Positions 40,334 through 49,425 of a DNA stretch of 64,000 nt are shown here, one piece after another. This stretch comes from an uncultured Oscillospiraceae bacterium. GTDB lineage: Bacteria > Bacillota > Clostridia > Oscillospirales > Ruminococcaceae. Below the pieces are notes generated by a model. It did not search any database. It worked only from the letters and a program-made list of their open reading frames with translations, and was not told the origin of the DNA. Where the stretch lies: positions 4,381 to 68,380 of the forward strand of contig CAZPLR010000001.1 in NCBI GenBank assembly GCA_964587555.1, in the 5' to 3' direction. How positions within the stretch are numbered: the stretch's first letter is position 1; the number at the start of each line of letters is the position of its first letter. The translations under genes and the position numbers were made by a program.

Positions 40334-40833
40334 CAGTCATTTTGGCGCAGCTTTCCGATGTTCCGCGCGTGATGCAAATCTATGATAGGGCGAGGGCTTT
40401 CATGCGCAGTTTGGGGAATCTGACCCAGTGGAAGAACGGCTATCCGTCTGAGGCGATTCTTAAAACGGATATCGCGGCGGGACGATGCTTTCTTGTCAAA
40501 ATGGGGGAAAATACCTGCGGCGTTTTTACCTTTTCCATCGGAGAGGAGGAAACCTACCGATATATCGAGGACGGCGCATGGGACAGCGATAAGCCGTATG
40601 GCGTGATTCACCGTCTGGCATCCAGCGGGGAGGTGCGCGGCGTGCTTGATACGGCGCTGGACTATTGCCTGTCGCAGATCGATGAAATCCGCGTCGACAC
40701 TCATGCGGATAACGCGCCGATGCTTGGCGCACTGAAAAAGCGCGGTTTTGTTCGACGCGGGCGGATCTATGTTGCCGACGGCACGCCGCGCGAGGCGTTT
40801 TCGTTTGCGGCAAAGAAAGGAAAAACGGAATGA
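40330..40833 (+). CDS. GNAT-family N-acetyltransferase embedded in the his operon
   Basis: 167 aa with GNAT-like acetyl-CoA-binding region features (..IHRLASSGEVRGVLDTALDYC.. and ..NAPMLGALKKRGF..). The GTG start overlaps the hisB stop (GTGA) and the stop overlaps the hisH ATG (ATGA). Confidence 0.78.
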   Translation: MTVILAQLSDVPRVMQIYDRARAFMRSLGNLTQWKNGYPSEAILKTDIAAGRCFLVKMGENTCGVFTFSIGEEETYRYIEDGAWDSDKPYGVIHRLASSGEVRGVLDTALDYCLSQIDEIRVDTHADNAPMLGALKKRGFVRRGRIYVADGTPREAFSFAAKKGKTE

Positions 40834-41456
40834 TTGCGATTATTGACTATAAAGCGGGGAATCTTTTCTCGGTGAAAAATGCGTTGGACTTTCTCGGCGT
40901 TGAGAACGTTGTCACCGCCGATTCCGAAACGCTTCAGGAAGCGGACGGTATCATCCTGCCCGGCGTTGGAGCGTTTCCGGCAGCAAAACAGTCGTTAGAC
41001 GAAAAGGGGATTACGCCGCTGCTGCAAACGTTCGCGCAGCAGAAGCCGCTGCTTGGTATCTGCCTGGGGTTCCAGCTCTTGTTTTCCTACAGCACCGAGT
41101 TTGCGAAAACCGAGGGCTTGGGACTGATACCGGGCTATGTCGACCGGGTAGATGATTTTTCTGGCGAGCTGAAGGTGCCGCACATGGGATGGAACGCGCT
41201 GCACCTCCGCCAAGATTGTCCAATCTTGGGTAAGCTTAGGGAGGGGGACAGCGTGTATTTTGTCCACTCCTACCGCGCGTTCACCGAAAGCGCATATTTA
41301 GTCGCCGATGCGGATTATGGAAGCGCGATCCCGGCAATGGTGCAAAACGGTAAGGTGTTCGGCTGCCAATTCCATCCGGAAAAAAGCGGGGAACTGGGGC
41401 TTTCGATCCTGCGCGCGTTCGCGTCGCTTTCAGAGGGAGAGAAATCATTGCCGTAA
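40830..41456 (+). CDS. hisH: imidazole glycerol phosphate synthase, glutamine amidotransferase subunit
   Basis: Class I GATase triad context GICLGFQLL and QFHPEKS. Confidence 0.95.
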   Translation: MIAIIDYKAGNLFSVKNALDFLGVENVVTADSETLQEADGIILPGVGAFPAAKQSLDEKGITPLLQTFAQQKPLLGICLGFQLLFSYSTEFAKTEGLGLIPGYVDRVDDFSGELKVPHMGWNALHLRQDCPILGKLREGDSVYFVHSYRAFTESAYLVADADYGSAIPAMVQNGKVFGCQFHPEKSGELGLSILRAFASLSEGEKSLP

Positions 41457-41626
41457 TAAGCGGAAGGAGGAAAATGGTTATGATATTGGAAATTGCTGCC
41501 GCTCCATGCAAGGCTTGAGGACGCTGCATGGAGGATGAGCGCCGTATAACGGCGGCTTATGTCCTCGGCTTTGCTTTTTTGATAGGCTGCTTCATGCTTG
41601 ATAAAAATTCAAAGGAGTAAAGCAAT

Positions 41627-42940
41627 ATGAAAAATGAAAAATTAAAACCATTTTTGATCTTTCAGAGTACCCAAACGCTGTCTATGCTCGGCAGTTCGAT
41701 GACTGGATTTGCGCTGTCGCTATGGCTATATGAAGAAACCGGTTCTGCGCTGCAAACTGCGCTTTTGTCGATCTGTACCTACGCGCCGTATGTGTTGATG
41801 AGCGTTTTTGCGGGCGCTTTGAGCGACAGGTGGGATAAGAAAAAGGTGCTGCTTGTCTGCGACGCTTTAGCGGCATGCAGTTCTCTGATTACGCTGTTCC
41901 TGCTCAAGTGCAGTCTGCTGCAGGGATGGCATTTATATCTGCTGAACGCGGCGAACGGGCTGATGAATACGATCCAGCAGCCGGCAAGCGACGTTTCGGT
42001 CACGCTGATTACACCGGAGGAATGCTATCAGCAGACAAGCGGACTGCGTTCGTTTTCGAATGCGTTTGCGGGTATTCTGCATCCGATCCTTGCCACAGCG
42101 GTCTTTTCCTTCGCCGGGATTGAAGCTGTGATCTATGTGGATTTGGCGACTTTTGCCATCGCGTTTATTTCGCTTTGGGCGTTCATTCCAATTCCGCATA
42201 CTGCGGGAAGGGAGAAAGGCGAGCCGTTTTTCCAGACGGTGAAAGGCGGATTCTCCTACTTGAGAGATCATCGCATGATTCTTGCGCTGGTCTTGTTTAT
42301 GGCTGGGGTCAATTTTGTTGCCGAGGCATTTTCGGCGGCGCTTCCAGCGTTTGTGCTGCCGCGCGAAAGCGGCGGCGAGCTTGTGTTGGGCGCGATGAAC
42401 TCCTGTTCCGGCATTGCGGTGCTGGTCGGCGGGTTACTGGTGACGATCCTGCCGTCTCCAAAAGAACGTATCCGCGTGATCGTAATCACGATGATCCTGT
42501 CGTTGAGTATTGAAAATTTCCTGCTTGCGTTTACGCAGAACCCGCTCCTGTGGTGTGCCGCGCAAATTATCGGCTGGCTGCCGGTGCCGTTTATGAACGC
42601 AAGCCTAGATGTGATCCTGCGTTCGACCATCCCGGTTGATCTACAGGGAAGGATCTACTCTTGCCGAAACACGCTCCAATTTTTCACGATTCCGCTGGGC
42701 TATTTTGCAGGCGGATATCTGATAGACTGCGTGTTTGAGCCGCTGATGGCGTCGGCTGCGCAGGACTCGGTTCTTATACGGCTGTTTGGCGCGGGAAAGG
42801 GAGCTGGCGCGGCTGTCCTAATCTTCCTGCTTGGCGTACTCGGAGCGCTTTATTGCCTGATCTGCGGCGGCAGGATCATGAAAAAGTACCGCTTTGCCGA
42901 GCCGCGTCAAGGGAAAGCCGGCGATCTGCATAGGAAATAG
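41627..42940 (+). CDS. MFS transporter (EntS/MFS_3-like efflux type) inside the his operon
   Basis: 437 aa with about 12 hydrophobic segments and an N-terminal pattern (FQSTQTLSMLGSSMTGFALSLWLY...GALSDRWDKKK) typical of MFS_3 efflux proteins. RBS AAAGGAG lies upstream. Confidence 0.85.
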   Translation: MKNEKLKPFLIFQSTQTLSMLGSSMTGFALSLWLYEETGSALQTALLSICTYAPYVLMSVFAGALSDRWDKKKVLLVCDALAACSSLITLFLLKCSLLQGWHLYLLNAANGLMNTIQQPASDVSVTLITPEECYQQTSGLRSFSNAFAGILHPILATAVFSFAGIEAVIYVDLATFAIAFISLWAFIPIPHTAGREKGEPFFQTVKGGFSYLRDHRMILALVLFMAGVNFVAEAFSAALPAFVLPRESGGELVLGAMNSCSGIAVLVGGLLVTILPSPKERIRVIVITMILSLSIENFLLAFTQNPLLWCAAQIIGWLPVPFMNASLDVILRSTIPVDLQGRIYSCRNTLQFFTIPLGYFAGGYLIDCVFEPLMASAAQDSVLIRLFGAGKGAGAAVLIFLLGVLGALYCLICGGRIMKKYRFAEPRQGKAGDLHRK

Positions 42941-42969
42941 GGAGTTTACAGAAAGGATGGTATCTGCGC

Positions 42970-43698
42970 ATGATTATTTTTCCGGCAATCGATATTCAGG
43001 ATGGTAAATGCGTCAGATTATATAAAGGCGATTTTTCCACTGTTTCGCAGGTGGCGGAAAGCCCGCTTTCAGCCGCCCGCGCGTTTGAGGCGGCGGGCGC
43101 GGAATATCTGCATGCCGTCGATCTTGACGGCGCGAAGGAAGGGAAACGCTGCAACGAGCAGATTTACTGCGCGCTTGCAAGGGATACGCGCCTTAAGGTC
43201 GAGGTCGGCGGCGGGATTCGTGATCGTGCGGCGATTGAGTTTTATCTGCAAAACGGCGTTTGGCGTGTGATCTTAGGCTCTGCCGCAGTCAGTAACCCCG
43301 CGTTTGTTAAGGAGGCGGTCGGCGCTTATGGCGCTCAGCGTATTGTTGTCGGCATCGACGCAAAGGACGAGTATGCCGCAACGGCGGGATGGCTTGAAAT
43401 CAGTCAAAAGCATTACCTCACGCTGGCAAAGGAAATGGAGGACTGCGGAGTGAAAACGATCATCTATACCGATATTTCGAAGGATGGCACGCTGTCCGGA
43501 CCGAATCTTGAACAGCTTGACCGGCTGAATCGCGCTGTATCCTGCGACATTGTCGCTTCCGGCGGGATCAGATCGCTTGCGGATATCCAGGCGCTGACTG
43601 GATTGGGGCTTTACGGCGCAATCTGCGGAAAGTCGCTTTACGCCGGAACGCTCTCGCTTGAAAAAGCGATCGATGCCGGGAAAGGAGAAGGTATATGA
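42970..43698 (+). CDS. hisA: 1-(5-phosphoribosyl)-5-[(5-phosphoribosylamino)methylideneamino]imidazole-4-carboxamide isomerase
   Basis: N-terminus [16 protein letters not shown] and a TIM barrel with GGGIR and SGGI motifs. Confidence 0.95.
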   Translation: MIIFPAIDIQDGKCVRLYKGDFSTVSQVAESPLSAARAFEAAGAEYLHAVDLDGAKEGKRCNEQIYCALARDTRLKVEVGGGIRDRAAIEFYLQNGVWRVILGSAAVSNPAFVKEAVGAYGAQRIVVGIDAKDEYAATAGWLEISQKHYLTLAKEMEDCGVKTIIYTDISKDGTLSGPNLEQLDRLNRAVSCDIVASGGIRSLADIQALTGLGLYGAICGKSLYAGTLSLEKAIDAGKGEGI

Positions 43699-44495
43699 GC
43701 GTTAAGAATACGCTGGCAAAACGCATCATTCCTTGTCTTGACGTAAAGGACGGGAGGGTCGTCAAGGGGATCAACTTTGTCGGCATCAAGGAGGTTGGCG
43801 ATCCGGTAGAGTGCGCGAAGGCTTATAACGACGCGGGTGCGGACGAGATCGTTTTCCTTGATATCACTGCGACTCATGAGCGCAGGAAAACGATGGCGGA
43901 CGTTGTGTCGCGCACGGCACGGCAGATTTTTGTGCCGCTGACCGTTGGCGGCGGTATTTCCTCTATCGAGGACTTTAAGCTGTTGCTGCGCGCGGGCGCG
44001 GATAAGATAGCGGTCAACTCGGCTGCGGTGCGCCGTCCTGCGCTGATCGCGCAGGCTGCGGATATCTTTGGCAGGCAGTGTGTGGTCTGTGCGATTGATG
44101 CAAAGCGTTTTCCGGACAATCGCTATCATGTCGTAATTAACGGCGGACGGATTGATACTGGGCTTGACGCAATTGCGTGGGCAAAACAAGCGGAGGAATT
44201 AGGCGCCGGGGAGATACTGCTTACCTCGATGGACGCCGACGGCACCAAAAAGGGATTTGATCTGCCGATGCTGAACGCGGTCTGCGGCAGCGTGAAGATT
44301 CCGGTGATCGCATCGGGAGGCTGCGGGAATCTGGAGCATTTTGCTCACGTTTTTGAACAAACCGGCGCTGACGCGGCGCTTGCCGCTTCCTTGTTTCATT
44401 ATCACGAGCTGACTGTTTTGCAGGTCAAGGAATATCTTCATGCGCGCGGCATCCCAGTCAGGCTGCTGCGGAGAACGGAGGAAGCCATATGCTAA
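43695..44495 (+). CDS. hisF: imidazole glycerol phosphate synthase, cyclase subunit
   Basis: N-terminus [15 protein letters not shown], and the start overlaps the hisA stop. Confidence 0.96.
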   Translation: MSVKNTLAKRIIPCLDVKDGRVVKGINFVGIKEVGDPVECAKAYNDAGADEIVFLDITATHERRKTMADVVSRTARQIFVPLTVGGGISSIEDFKLLLRAGADKIAVNSAAVRRPALIAQAADIFGRQCVVCAIDAKRFPDNRYHVVINGGRIDTGLDAIAWAKQAEELGAGEILLTSMDADGTKKGFDLPMLNAVCGSVKIPVIASGGCGNLEHFAHVFEQTGADAALAASLFHYHELTVLQVKEYLHARGIPVRLLRRTEEAIC

Positions 44496-44839
44496 AGGTA
44501 AGCGAACCTGATTTGTCGCGATTCTTTGTTAAATCGGAACTGATCCCCGCGATTGTGACCGAAGCGGAAACCGGCGAGGTCTTGATGCTTGCATATATGA
44601 ATCGCGAAAGTCTTGCGCGCACGCTGGAAACCGGCTATACCTGGTTTTGGTCACGGTCAAGGCAAGAATTATGGAATAAGGGTGCGACCAGCGGGCATCT
44701 GCAAAGGGTCGAGGAAATCTGGTGCGACTGCGATGATGACACGCTGCTTGTTAAGGTGCATCAGACTGGCGCTGCCTGCCATACGGGGCACCATAGCTGC
44801 TTTTTTACGCGGATCGCGCAGAGCGAGGAAGGAAAATAA
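44489..44839 (+). CDS. hisI: phosphoribosyl-AMP cyclohydrolase
   Basis: Motifs [11 protein letters not shown] and CDCDDDTLL...GAACHTG. It is not fused to hisE. Confidence 0.93.
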   Translation: MLKVSEPDLSRFFVKSELIPAIVTEAETGEVLMLAYMNRESLARTLETGYTWFWSRSRQELWNKGATSGHLQRVEEIWCDCDDDTLLVKVHQTGAACHTGHHSCFFTRIAQSEEGK

Positions 44840-44841
44840 GG

Positions 44842-45168
44842 ATGGAAGAAACGATCAAAGGCTTGTATGAGGTGGTGCTGCGCCGAAAGGAGAATCCGCA
44901 GGAAGGCTCCTACACCTGCTACTTGTTTGAAAAGGGATTGGATAAGATACTAAAGAAATGCGGCGAGGAAAACGCCGAGATGATTATCGCCGCAAAAAAC
45001 GAGGATAAGGATGAGCTGTGTGGAGAGATCGCCGATCTCTGCTACCATGTGCTTGTCATGATGGCGCAGAAGGGCGTTTCCGTTGATGATGTACAGGCGA
45101 TTTTGGAGGAACGCCGCAAAAAGATCGGCAACCTGAAGCAGTTTCATGTTTCCGATCATAATACGTAA
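44842..45168 (+). CDS. hisE: phosphoribosyl-ATP pyrophosphatase
   Basis: 108-aa MazG-like all-alpha protein (SYTCYLFEKGLDKILKKCGEE...EIADLCYHVLV), last gene of the his operon. Confidence 0.9.
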   Translation: MEETIKGLYEVVLRRKENPQEGSYTCYLFEKGLDKILKKCGEENAEMIIAAKNEDKDELCGEIADLCYHVLVMMAQKGVSVDDVQAILEERRKKIGNLKQFHVSDHNT

Positions 45169-45175
45169 CGGTATT

Positions 45176-45202
45176 CCCGCCGGAGTCTCCGGCGGGTTTT
45201 TA
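45176..45202 (+). terminator. rho-independent terminator of the his operon
   Basis: 9-bp stem CCCGCCGGA / TCCGGCGGG with loop GTC, followed by TTTTTATT. Confidence 0.9.
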
Positions 45203-45250
45203 TTCATTGCCTCTAAATGCTTTGTTTTCCTCAATTTGTTACCGTAAGTG

Positions 45251-45279
45251 TAGACATTTTTCCTTTTGTGTGCTATAAT
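45251..45279 (+). promoter_or_regulatory. sigma-A type promoter for the cobalamin operon (TAGACA-17 nt-TGcTATAAT)
   Basis: -35 TAGACA at 45251-45256, a 17-nt spacer with an extended -10 TG, and a perfect TATAAT at 45274-45279. Confidence 0.6.
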
Positions 45280-45299
45280 AAGCTTGTTGTATGGTGCGC

Positions 45300-45525
45300 A
45301 AAGCGCATTTTGCGGCTGGATGCCGTAAAAAGCGATGGTTTGCGATAATAGGGAAGCCGGGTGAAAATCCCGCGCGGGGCCGCCGCCGTAACAGCAGAGG
45401 AAACAAAAGCGCGTTTTGCGGCATTTTATTTTGCCGATAGGTACTGGAAAGCTGTGGTTGCACACTGCTTTGCGGGAAGCCAAAGTGTTTTTGCGGATGC
45501 TCAAGCCGGAAGACCTGCCTGCAAT
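45300..45525 (+). promoter_or_regulatory. cobalamin (B12) riboswitch aptamer
   Basis: Conserved core AATAGGGAAGCCGGGTGAAAATCCCGCGCGGGGCCGCCGCCGTAACAG, then GCACACTGC...GGGAAGCC, and the B12 box AAGCCGGAAGACCTGCC at about 45503-45519. It lies upstream of cbiMNQO. Boundaries are approximate. Confidence 0.9.
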
Positions 45526-45654
45526 ATGATTTGTACGTCACGGAACCCTGACGGTGCAAAGCCGCAAGAAACAGATCTGTGCATCTTAGAAGGCTTTTCC
45601 GATCCATTTGGAAAGGTTTATATTGTTGTACGCATTTTGCAAAAACGGTTTTGC

Positions 45655-45682
45655 CCCTCATTGAAAAATGAGGGTGTTTTTA
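45655..45682 (+). terminator. riboswitch expression-platform terminator
   Basis: 8-bp stem CCCTCATT / AATGAGGG with a GAAA tetraloop, followed by TGTTTTTA, about 55 nt before the cbiM ATG. Confidence 0.8.
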
Positions 45683-45738
45683 TGCGGCAAAAACTACCGG
45701 ATATCGCATCCGGGAAAAAGAATAAGGAGAATTGTTGT

Positions 45739-46491
45739 ATGACAAAGCTTGAAAAACGTATTTTAAGCCTTACCTTTGTCATCGCGTTGACGTTTGGTGC
45801 AACACAAACTGTTTCCGCAATGCACATCATGGAAGGCTACCTTCCCGTTTCAAACGCAGTTTGCTGGGGCGTACTGTGCATTCCATTTCTGGTTTGGGGC
45901 ATTATTTCTATCCGCAAAATGGTGTCGAACCATCGCAAAACGCTGGTCATTTTGGCGATGTGCGCCGCCTACGCTTTTGTACTCTCAGCGCTAAAAATCC
46001 CGAGCGTGACCGGTTCATGCTCCCACCCGACCGGAACCGGACTTGGCGCAATGCTGTTCGGACCTGCGCCGATGGCGGTTCTGGGCATCATTGTGCTTTT
46101 GTTCCAAGCAATCCTGCTTGCGCACGGCGGCTTAACAACGCTCGGCGCGAACACCTTCAGCATGGCGATTGCCGGTCCGTTTTTAAGCTATGGCGTGTTC
46201 TGGCTGTGTAAGAAGTTAAAAATCAACCGCTTTGTCGGTATCTTCTTAGGCGCAGCGCTCGGCGATCTGTTTACTTACTGCGTGACCAGCGTGCAGCTTG
46301 GCATTGCGCATCCGGGCGAAAATATGTGGGCATCGATCGGCGAGTTTATGGGTATTTTTGCTTTAACGCAGGTTCCGCTTGCGATTGTGGAGGGACTGCT
46401 TTCGGTGGTTGTTGTCATGGCGCTTGAAAAATTTGCGTCTCCGGAGCTTTCGGAGCTTGGATATTATGGAAAGGAAAGGCAGGCGGCGTAA
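45739..46491 (+). CDS. cbiM: cobalt ECF transporter substrate-capture component CbiM
   Basis: A signal-peptide-like leader (…TQTVSA) is followed by the conserved mature N-terminus [12 protein letters not shown] 45739 follows AAGGAG. The track ORF (from 45361) spuriously reads through the riboswitch. Confidence 0.93.
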   Translation: MTKLEKRILSLTFVIALTFGATQTVSAMHIMEGYLPVSNAVCWGVLCIPFLVWGIISIRKMVSNHRKTLVILAMCAAYAFVLSALKIPSVTGSCSHPTGTGLGAMLFGPAPMAVLGIIVLLFQAILLAHGGLTTLGANTFSMAIAGPFLSYGVFWLCKKLKINRFVGIFLGAALGDLFTYCVTSVQLGIAHPGENMWASIGEFMGIFALTQVPLAIVEGLLSVVVVMALEKFASPELSELGYYGKERQAA

Positions 46492-46492
46492 A

Positions 46493-46816
46493 ATGAAGAT
46501 CAGCAAACAATTTTTAATTGGTATTATTTTGGTTTTGCTTTGCGTTATCATCGCCGTGACTGGGCTTGCGATGAACAAGGGTGCTGAGTTCGGAGGATCG
46601 GACGGAGAGGCTGAGGAGATGATCAGCGTTGTCGATCCGGATTACGAGCCATGGGCAGAAAGCCTGATCGAACTGCCGAGCGGCGAGGTCGAGAGTCTGC
46701 TCTTCGCGCTTCAGGCAGCGATCGGCTCCGGCGTTATCTTTTTCTGCTTCGGCTATCTTGCTGCGAGAAAGAAATATGCCGGACGGAGTGAAGAAACGGA
46801 AAGATTATCGGAGTAA
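46493..46816 (+). CDS. cbiN: cobalt transport protein CbiN
   Basis: 107 aa with two TM helices flanking an acidic loop, directly after cbiM (the stop TAA is adjacent to ATG 46493). Confidence 0.88.
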   Translation: MKISKQFLIGIILVLLCVIIAVTGLAMNKGAEFGGSDGEAEEMISVVDPDYEPWAESLIELPSGEVESLLFALQAAIGSGVIFFCFGYLAARKKYAGRSEETERLSE

Positions 46817-46820
46817 GTGC

Positions 46821-47801
46821 GTGAAAGGATTCCTCCGGCGATTGCCGGAGGAATTTCGGGTAAATAGAATGCTTACAATATGTTGTATCTTTATTTTATC
46901 CCTCTGCTTTTACGGCAGAATCCCGACGCCCTTCCTGATCGCTGCCGCCGGCGTTCTGGCGGCTGGCGCAATCCTGCGCCGTATCCTTCACGGTGAACAT
47001 CGGCACGACAATCTTGACTTTGACGCGCTCGCGGGACAAGACAGCGCGCTGCATCGGTTTCCTCCGGCGGCAAAGATCTTTTTGGTGGTATGCGCTGTAA
47101 TTTTCTGTCTGCTTGCGGATCACTTCCTTTTTGCAATAACGCTGTTTGCGGCAGATGTGCTGCTGATGCGTTTTGCTGGAAAGCTCTCGCTCCACGATAT
47201 GATGAGCGGATTCTCTGCACCGGCGGTATTTATTCTGTGCGGCAGCGTGACACTGCTGCTGCCGTTCTCCCATGAAGCGGGGCAGCTTTTTTCGATTCCG
47301 ATTTTTGGCGGATATCTTGCGCTTTCTCCGGAGGGACAGCGCAGCGCGCTGCATCTAATCTGCAATGCATTTGCTTCGGTGAGCGCGCTGCTGCTTTTGG
47401 GGATGACAACTCCGATCGCGAAGATCGTTTCTGTCTGCCGGAAAATCCGTCTGCCAAAGGTCGCCGTTGAATTGATGGTGCTGATCTACCGCTATCTGAT
47501 CCTGCTTTCTTCCACCTTGGGGCATATGCAGGCGGCGGCAAGGACAAGGCTCGGCTATCTGAATATGCGCACGACAATGAAAAGCGCAAAACTGATTGCC
47601 GCACAGCTAATCGTTCTGGCATTTGAAAAAGCTTCGGCAAACTTTGATGCGATGGAGACGCGCTGCTACGAAGGTGACATCTGCTTTTTGACGCGCGAAG
47701 AGAAGGTGAGCCGGATGCAGTGGATTTTGGCGCTGGGAATACTCGCTCTGCTTTGCAGCGGCTTGACTGCCGCAAAGCTTTGGAAAGGCGGTGCGATATG
47801 A
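46821..47801 (+). CDS. cbiQ: cobalt ECF transporter T component CbiQ (with N-terminal extension)
   Basis: EcfT/CbiQ core including the AARTRLGY motif. GTG 46821 lies 8 nt after GGAG; ATG 46869 is an alternative. The protein is about 65 aa longer at the N-terminus than the canonical CbiQ I recall. Confidence 0.85.
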   Translation: MKGFLRRLPEEFRVNRMLTICCIFILSLCFYGRIPTPFLIAAAGVLAAGAILRRILHGEHRHDNLDFDALAGQDSALHRFPPAAKIFLVVCAVIFCLLADHFLFAITLFAADVLLMRFAGKLSLHDMMSGFSAPAVFILCGSVTLLLPFSHEAGQLFSIPIFGGYLALSPEGQRSALHLICNAFASVSALLLLGMTTPIAKIVSVCRKIRLPKVAVELMVLIYRYLILLSSTLGHMQAAARTRLGYLNMRTTMKSAKLIAAQLIVLAFEKASANFDAMETRCYEGDICFLTREEKVSRMQWILALGILALLCSGLTAAKLWKGGAI

Positions 47802-48628
47802 GCGAAATATTAAGCTTAAAAGATGTCAGCTTTACCTATCCGCGCGGGAAGAAAGAGGCGCTGAAAAAAGTTAATCTTTCGTTTTGTGCAGGCGAAAGGG
47901 TTGCGATTTTAGGCAATAACGGCGCGGGAAAAACGACCCTTTTTTCGCTCTGCTGCGGGCTTCTTTCTCCGCAGGAGGGGGAGATCCTGTTAGATGGGAA
48001 AAAGGTGGGCAGAGATAAAAAGGCGCTGCATAAGGCGGTCGGTATTGTTTTTCAGGAGCCGGACAACCAAATAATCGCCTCCACTGTTTACGAGGAGGTA
48101 TCATTCGGACCGCTGAATCTTTCGAAGGATAAGGCTGCCGCCAAGCTGCGGACCGACGCGGCGATCTCGCTGATGGCGCTGGAGGATTATTGTGACCGCG
48201 CGCCGCACCGGCTTTCCGGCGGAGAAAAAAAGCGGGTGACGGTCGCGGATGTGCTGGCGATGGATGCAAGGCTGCTGCTTTTAGACGAACCGACCGCTTC
48301 GCTCGATCCGGTCAACACCGAGAGATTGGAGGCGCATCTGAATGCCCTGTCTCAAAAGGGCTATGCCTTGCTGGTTTCCACCCACGATATAGATTTTGCT
48401 TATCGCTTTGCCGATCGGGTGCTGGTTTTGTCGGACGGCGTTCTGCTTGCAGACGGTAAGCCGGAAGAGGTGTTCCTTCGGGAAGAAGTGCTTCAAAAAG
48501 CCGGACTTTGCGCGCCAACGCTTTGGACGCTTTCGCGTGTAGTTCTTCCGGGGATCAAGATTCCCCCGCACACGGTGGACGATTTTTGTGCGCTGTACAA
48601 TATGCAAAAAGGAGGGGATAACGCATGA
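47798..48628 (+). CDS. cbiO: cobalt ECF transporter ATPase CbiO
   Basis: Walker A GNNGAGKTT, ABC signature LSGGEKKRV, and Walker B LLLLDEP. The ATG overlaps the cbiQ stop (ATGA). Confidence 0.92.
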   Translation: MSEILSLKDVSFTYPRGKKEALKKVNLSFCAGERVAILGNNGAGKTTLFSLCCGLLSPQEGEILLDGKKVGRDKKALHKAVGIVFQEPDNQIIASTVYEEVSFGPLNLSKDKAAAKLRTDAAISLMALEDYCDRAPHRLSGGEKKRVTVADVLAMDARLLLLDEPTASLDPVNTERLEAHLNALSQKGYALLVSTHDIDFAYRFADRVLVLSDGVLLADGKPEEVFLREEVLQKAGLCAPTLWTLSRVVLPGIKIPPHTVDDFCALYNMQKGGDNA

Positions 48629-49407
48629 GGAAAGAGAAAGCGATTCTGCTGGTTAGCTTTGGCACCTCTTATCCGGAAACGCGAAAGAAAACGATCGACC
48701 GCATCACTGCGGAGACAGCTTCGTTATATCCGGACTATGAGGTTGTGACTGCGTTTACAAGCCCGACTATCCTGCGCATTCTGCGAAAGCGGGGCGAGGA
48801 AATGTTCGATCCCGAGGAAGCGCTTTCTTACCTCGCCAAAAGCGGGGTAAAGGAGGTTTATTTGCAGCCGACCCATTTGATTCCGGGCATCGAATATGAC
48901 CGTCTGGCGGAAACAGCGCAGAGCTTTTCGGGAAGCTTTGCTGTGCTGAGGATTGGCCGTCCGCTGCTGGATTCCGGCGCGGATGTAAAAAAGGTGTTGA
49001 CGATCCTGACAAGCGAGATTGCGTTGGAAGAGGACGAGGCGCTTGTTTTAATGGGACATGGCTCGCCGCACGAAGCAAATGCCGTTTATCTGGATATGAA
49101 CGATTATTTTGCGGCAGATGGCAGGCAGCGCGTGTTTGTCGGTACAGTAGAGGCCAAGCTGGATTTGGGCGATATGCTGCGGCTGCTTAAGCAGAACCGC
49201 TATACCCGTGCGGCGCTTGCGCCAATGCTGCTGGTCGCCGGAGAACACGCGAACCACGATATGGCGGGAGATGATCCGGATAGCTGGAAATCGCAGTTTG
49301 CGCAAAACGGAATCACACCGCGCTGTATTATCAAGGGGATCGGCGAATACCGCGCGATCCGGAAGATGTATTACCAAAAACTGGGTGCGCTTATAGGCGA
49401 GAGATGA
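48625..49407 (+). CDS. cbiK: sirohydrochlorin cobaltochelatase (anaerobic pathway)
   Basis: CbiK-type class II chelatase (AILLVSFGTSYPETRKKTID...LMGHGSPH...LLVAGEHANHDM). Confidence 0.9.
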   Translation: MRKEKAILLVSFGTSYPETRKKTIDRITAETASLYPDYEVVTAFTSPTILRILRKRGEEMFDPEEALSYLAKSGVKEVYLQPTHLIPGIEYDRLAETAQSFSGSFAVLRIGRPLLDSGADVKKVLTILTSEIALEEDEALVLMGHGSPHEANAVYLDMNDYFAADGRQRVFVGTVEAKLDLGDMLRLLKQNRYTRAALAPMLLVAGEHANHDMAGDDPDSWKSQFAQNGITPRCIIKGIGEYRAIRKMYYQKLGALIGER

Positions 49408-49425
49408 TAGAAAGGGGAGCTTTGT

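Noticed and set aside
45361-45738. 126-codon 5' extension of the cbiM ORF in the supplied track.
   Set aside because: The extension reads through the cobalamin riboswitch and its terminator. The real cbiM start is ATG 45739, which has an AAGGAG RBS and a signal-peptide-like leader before the conserved MHIMEGY.
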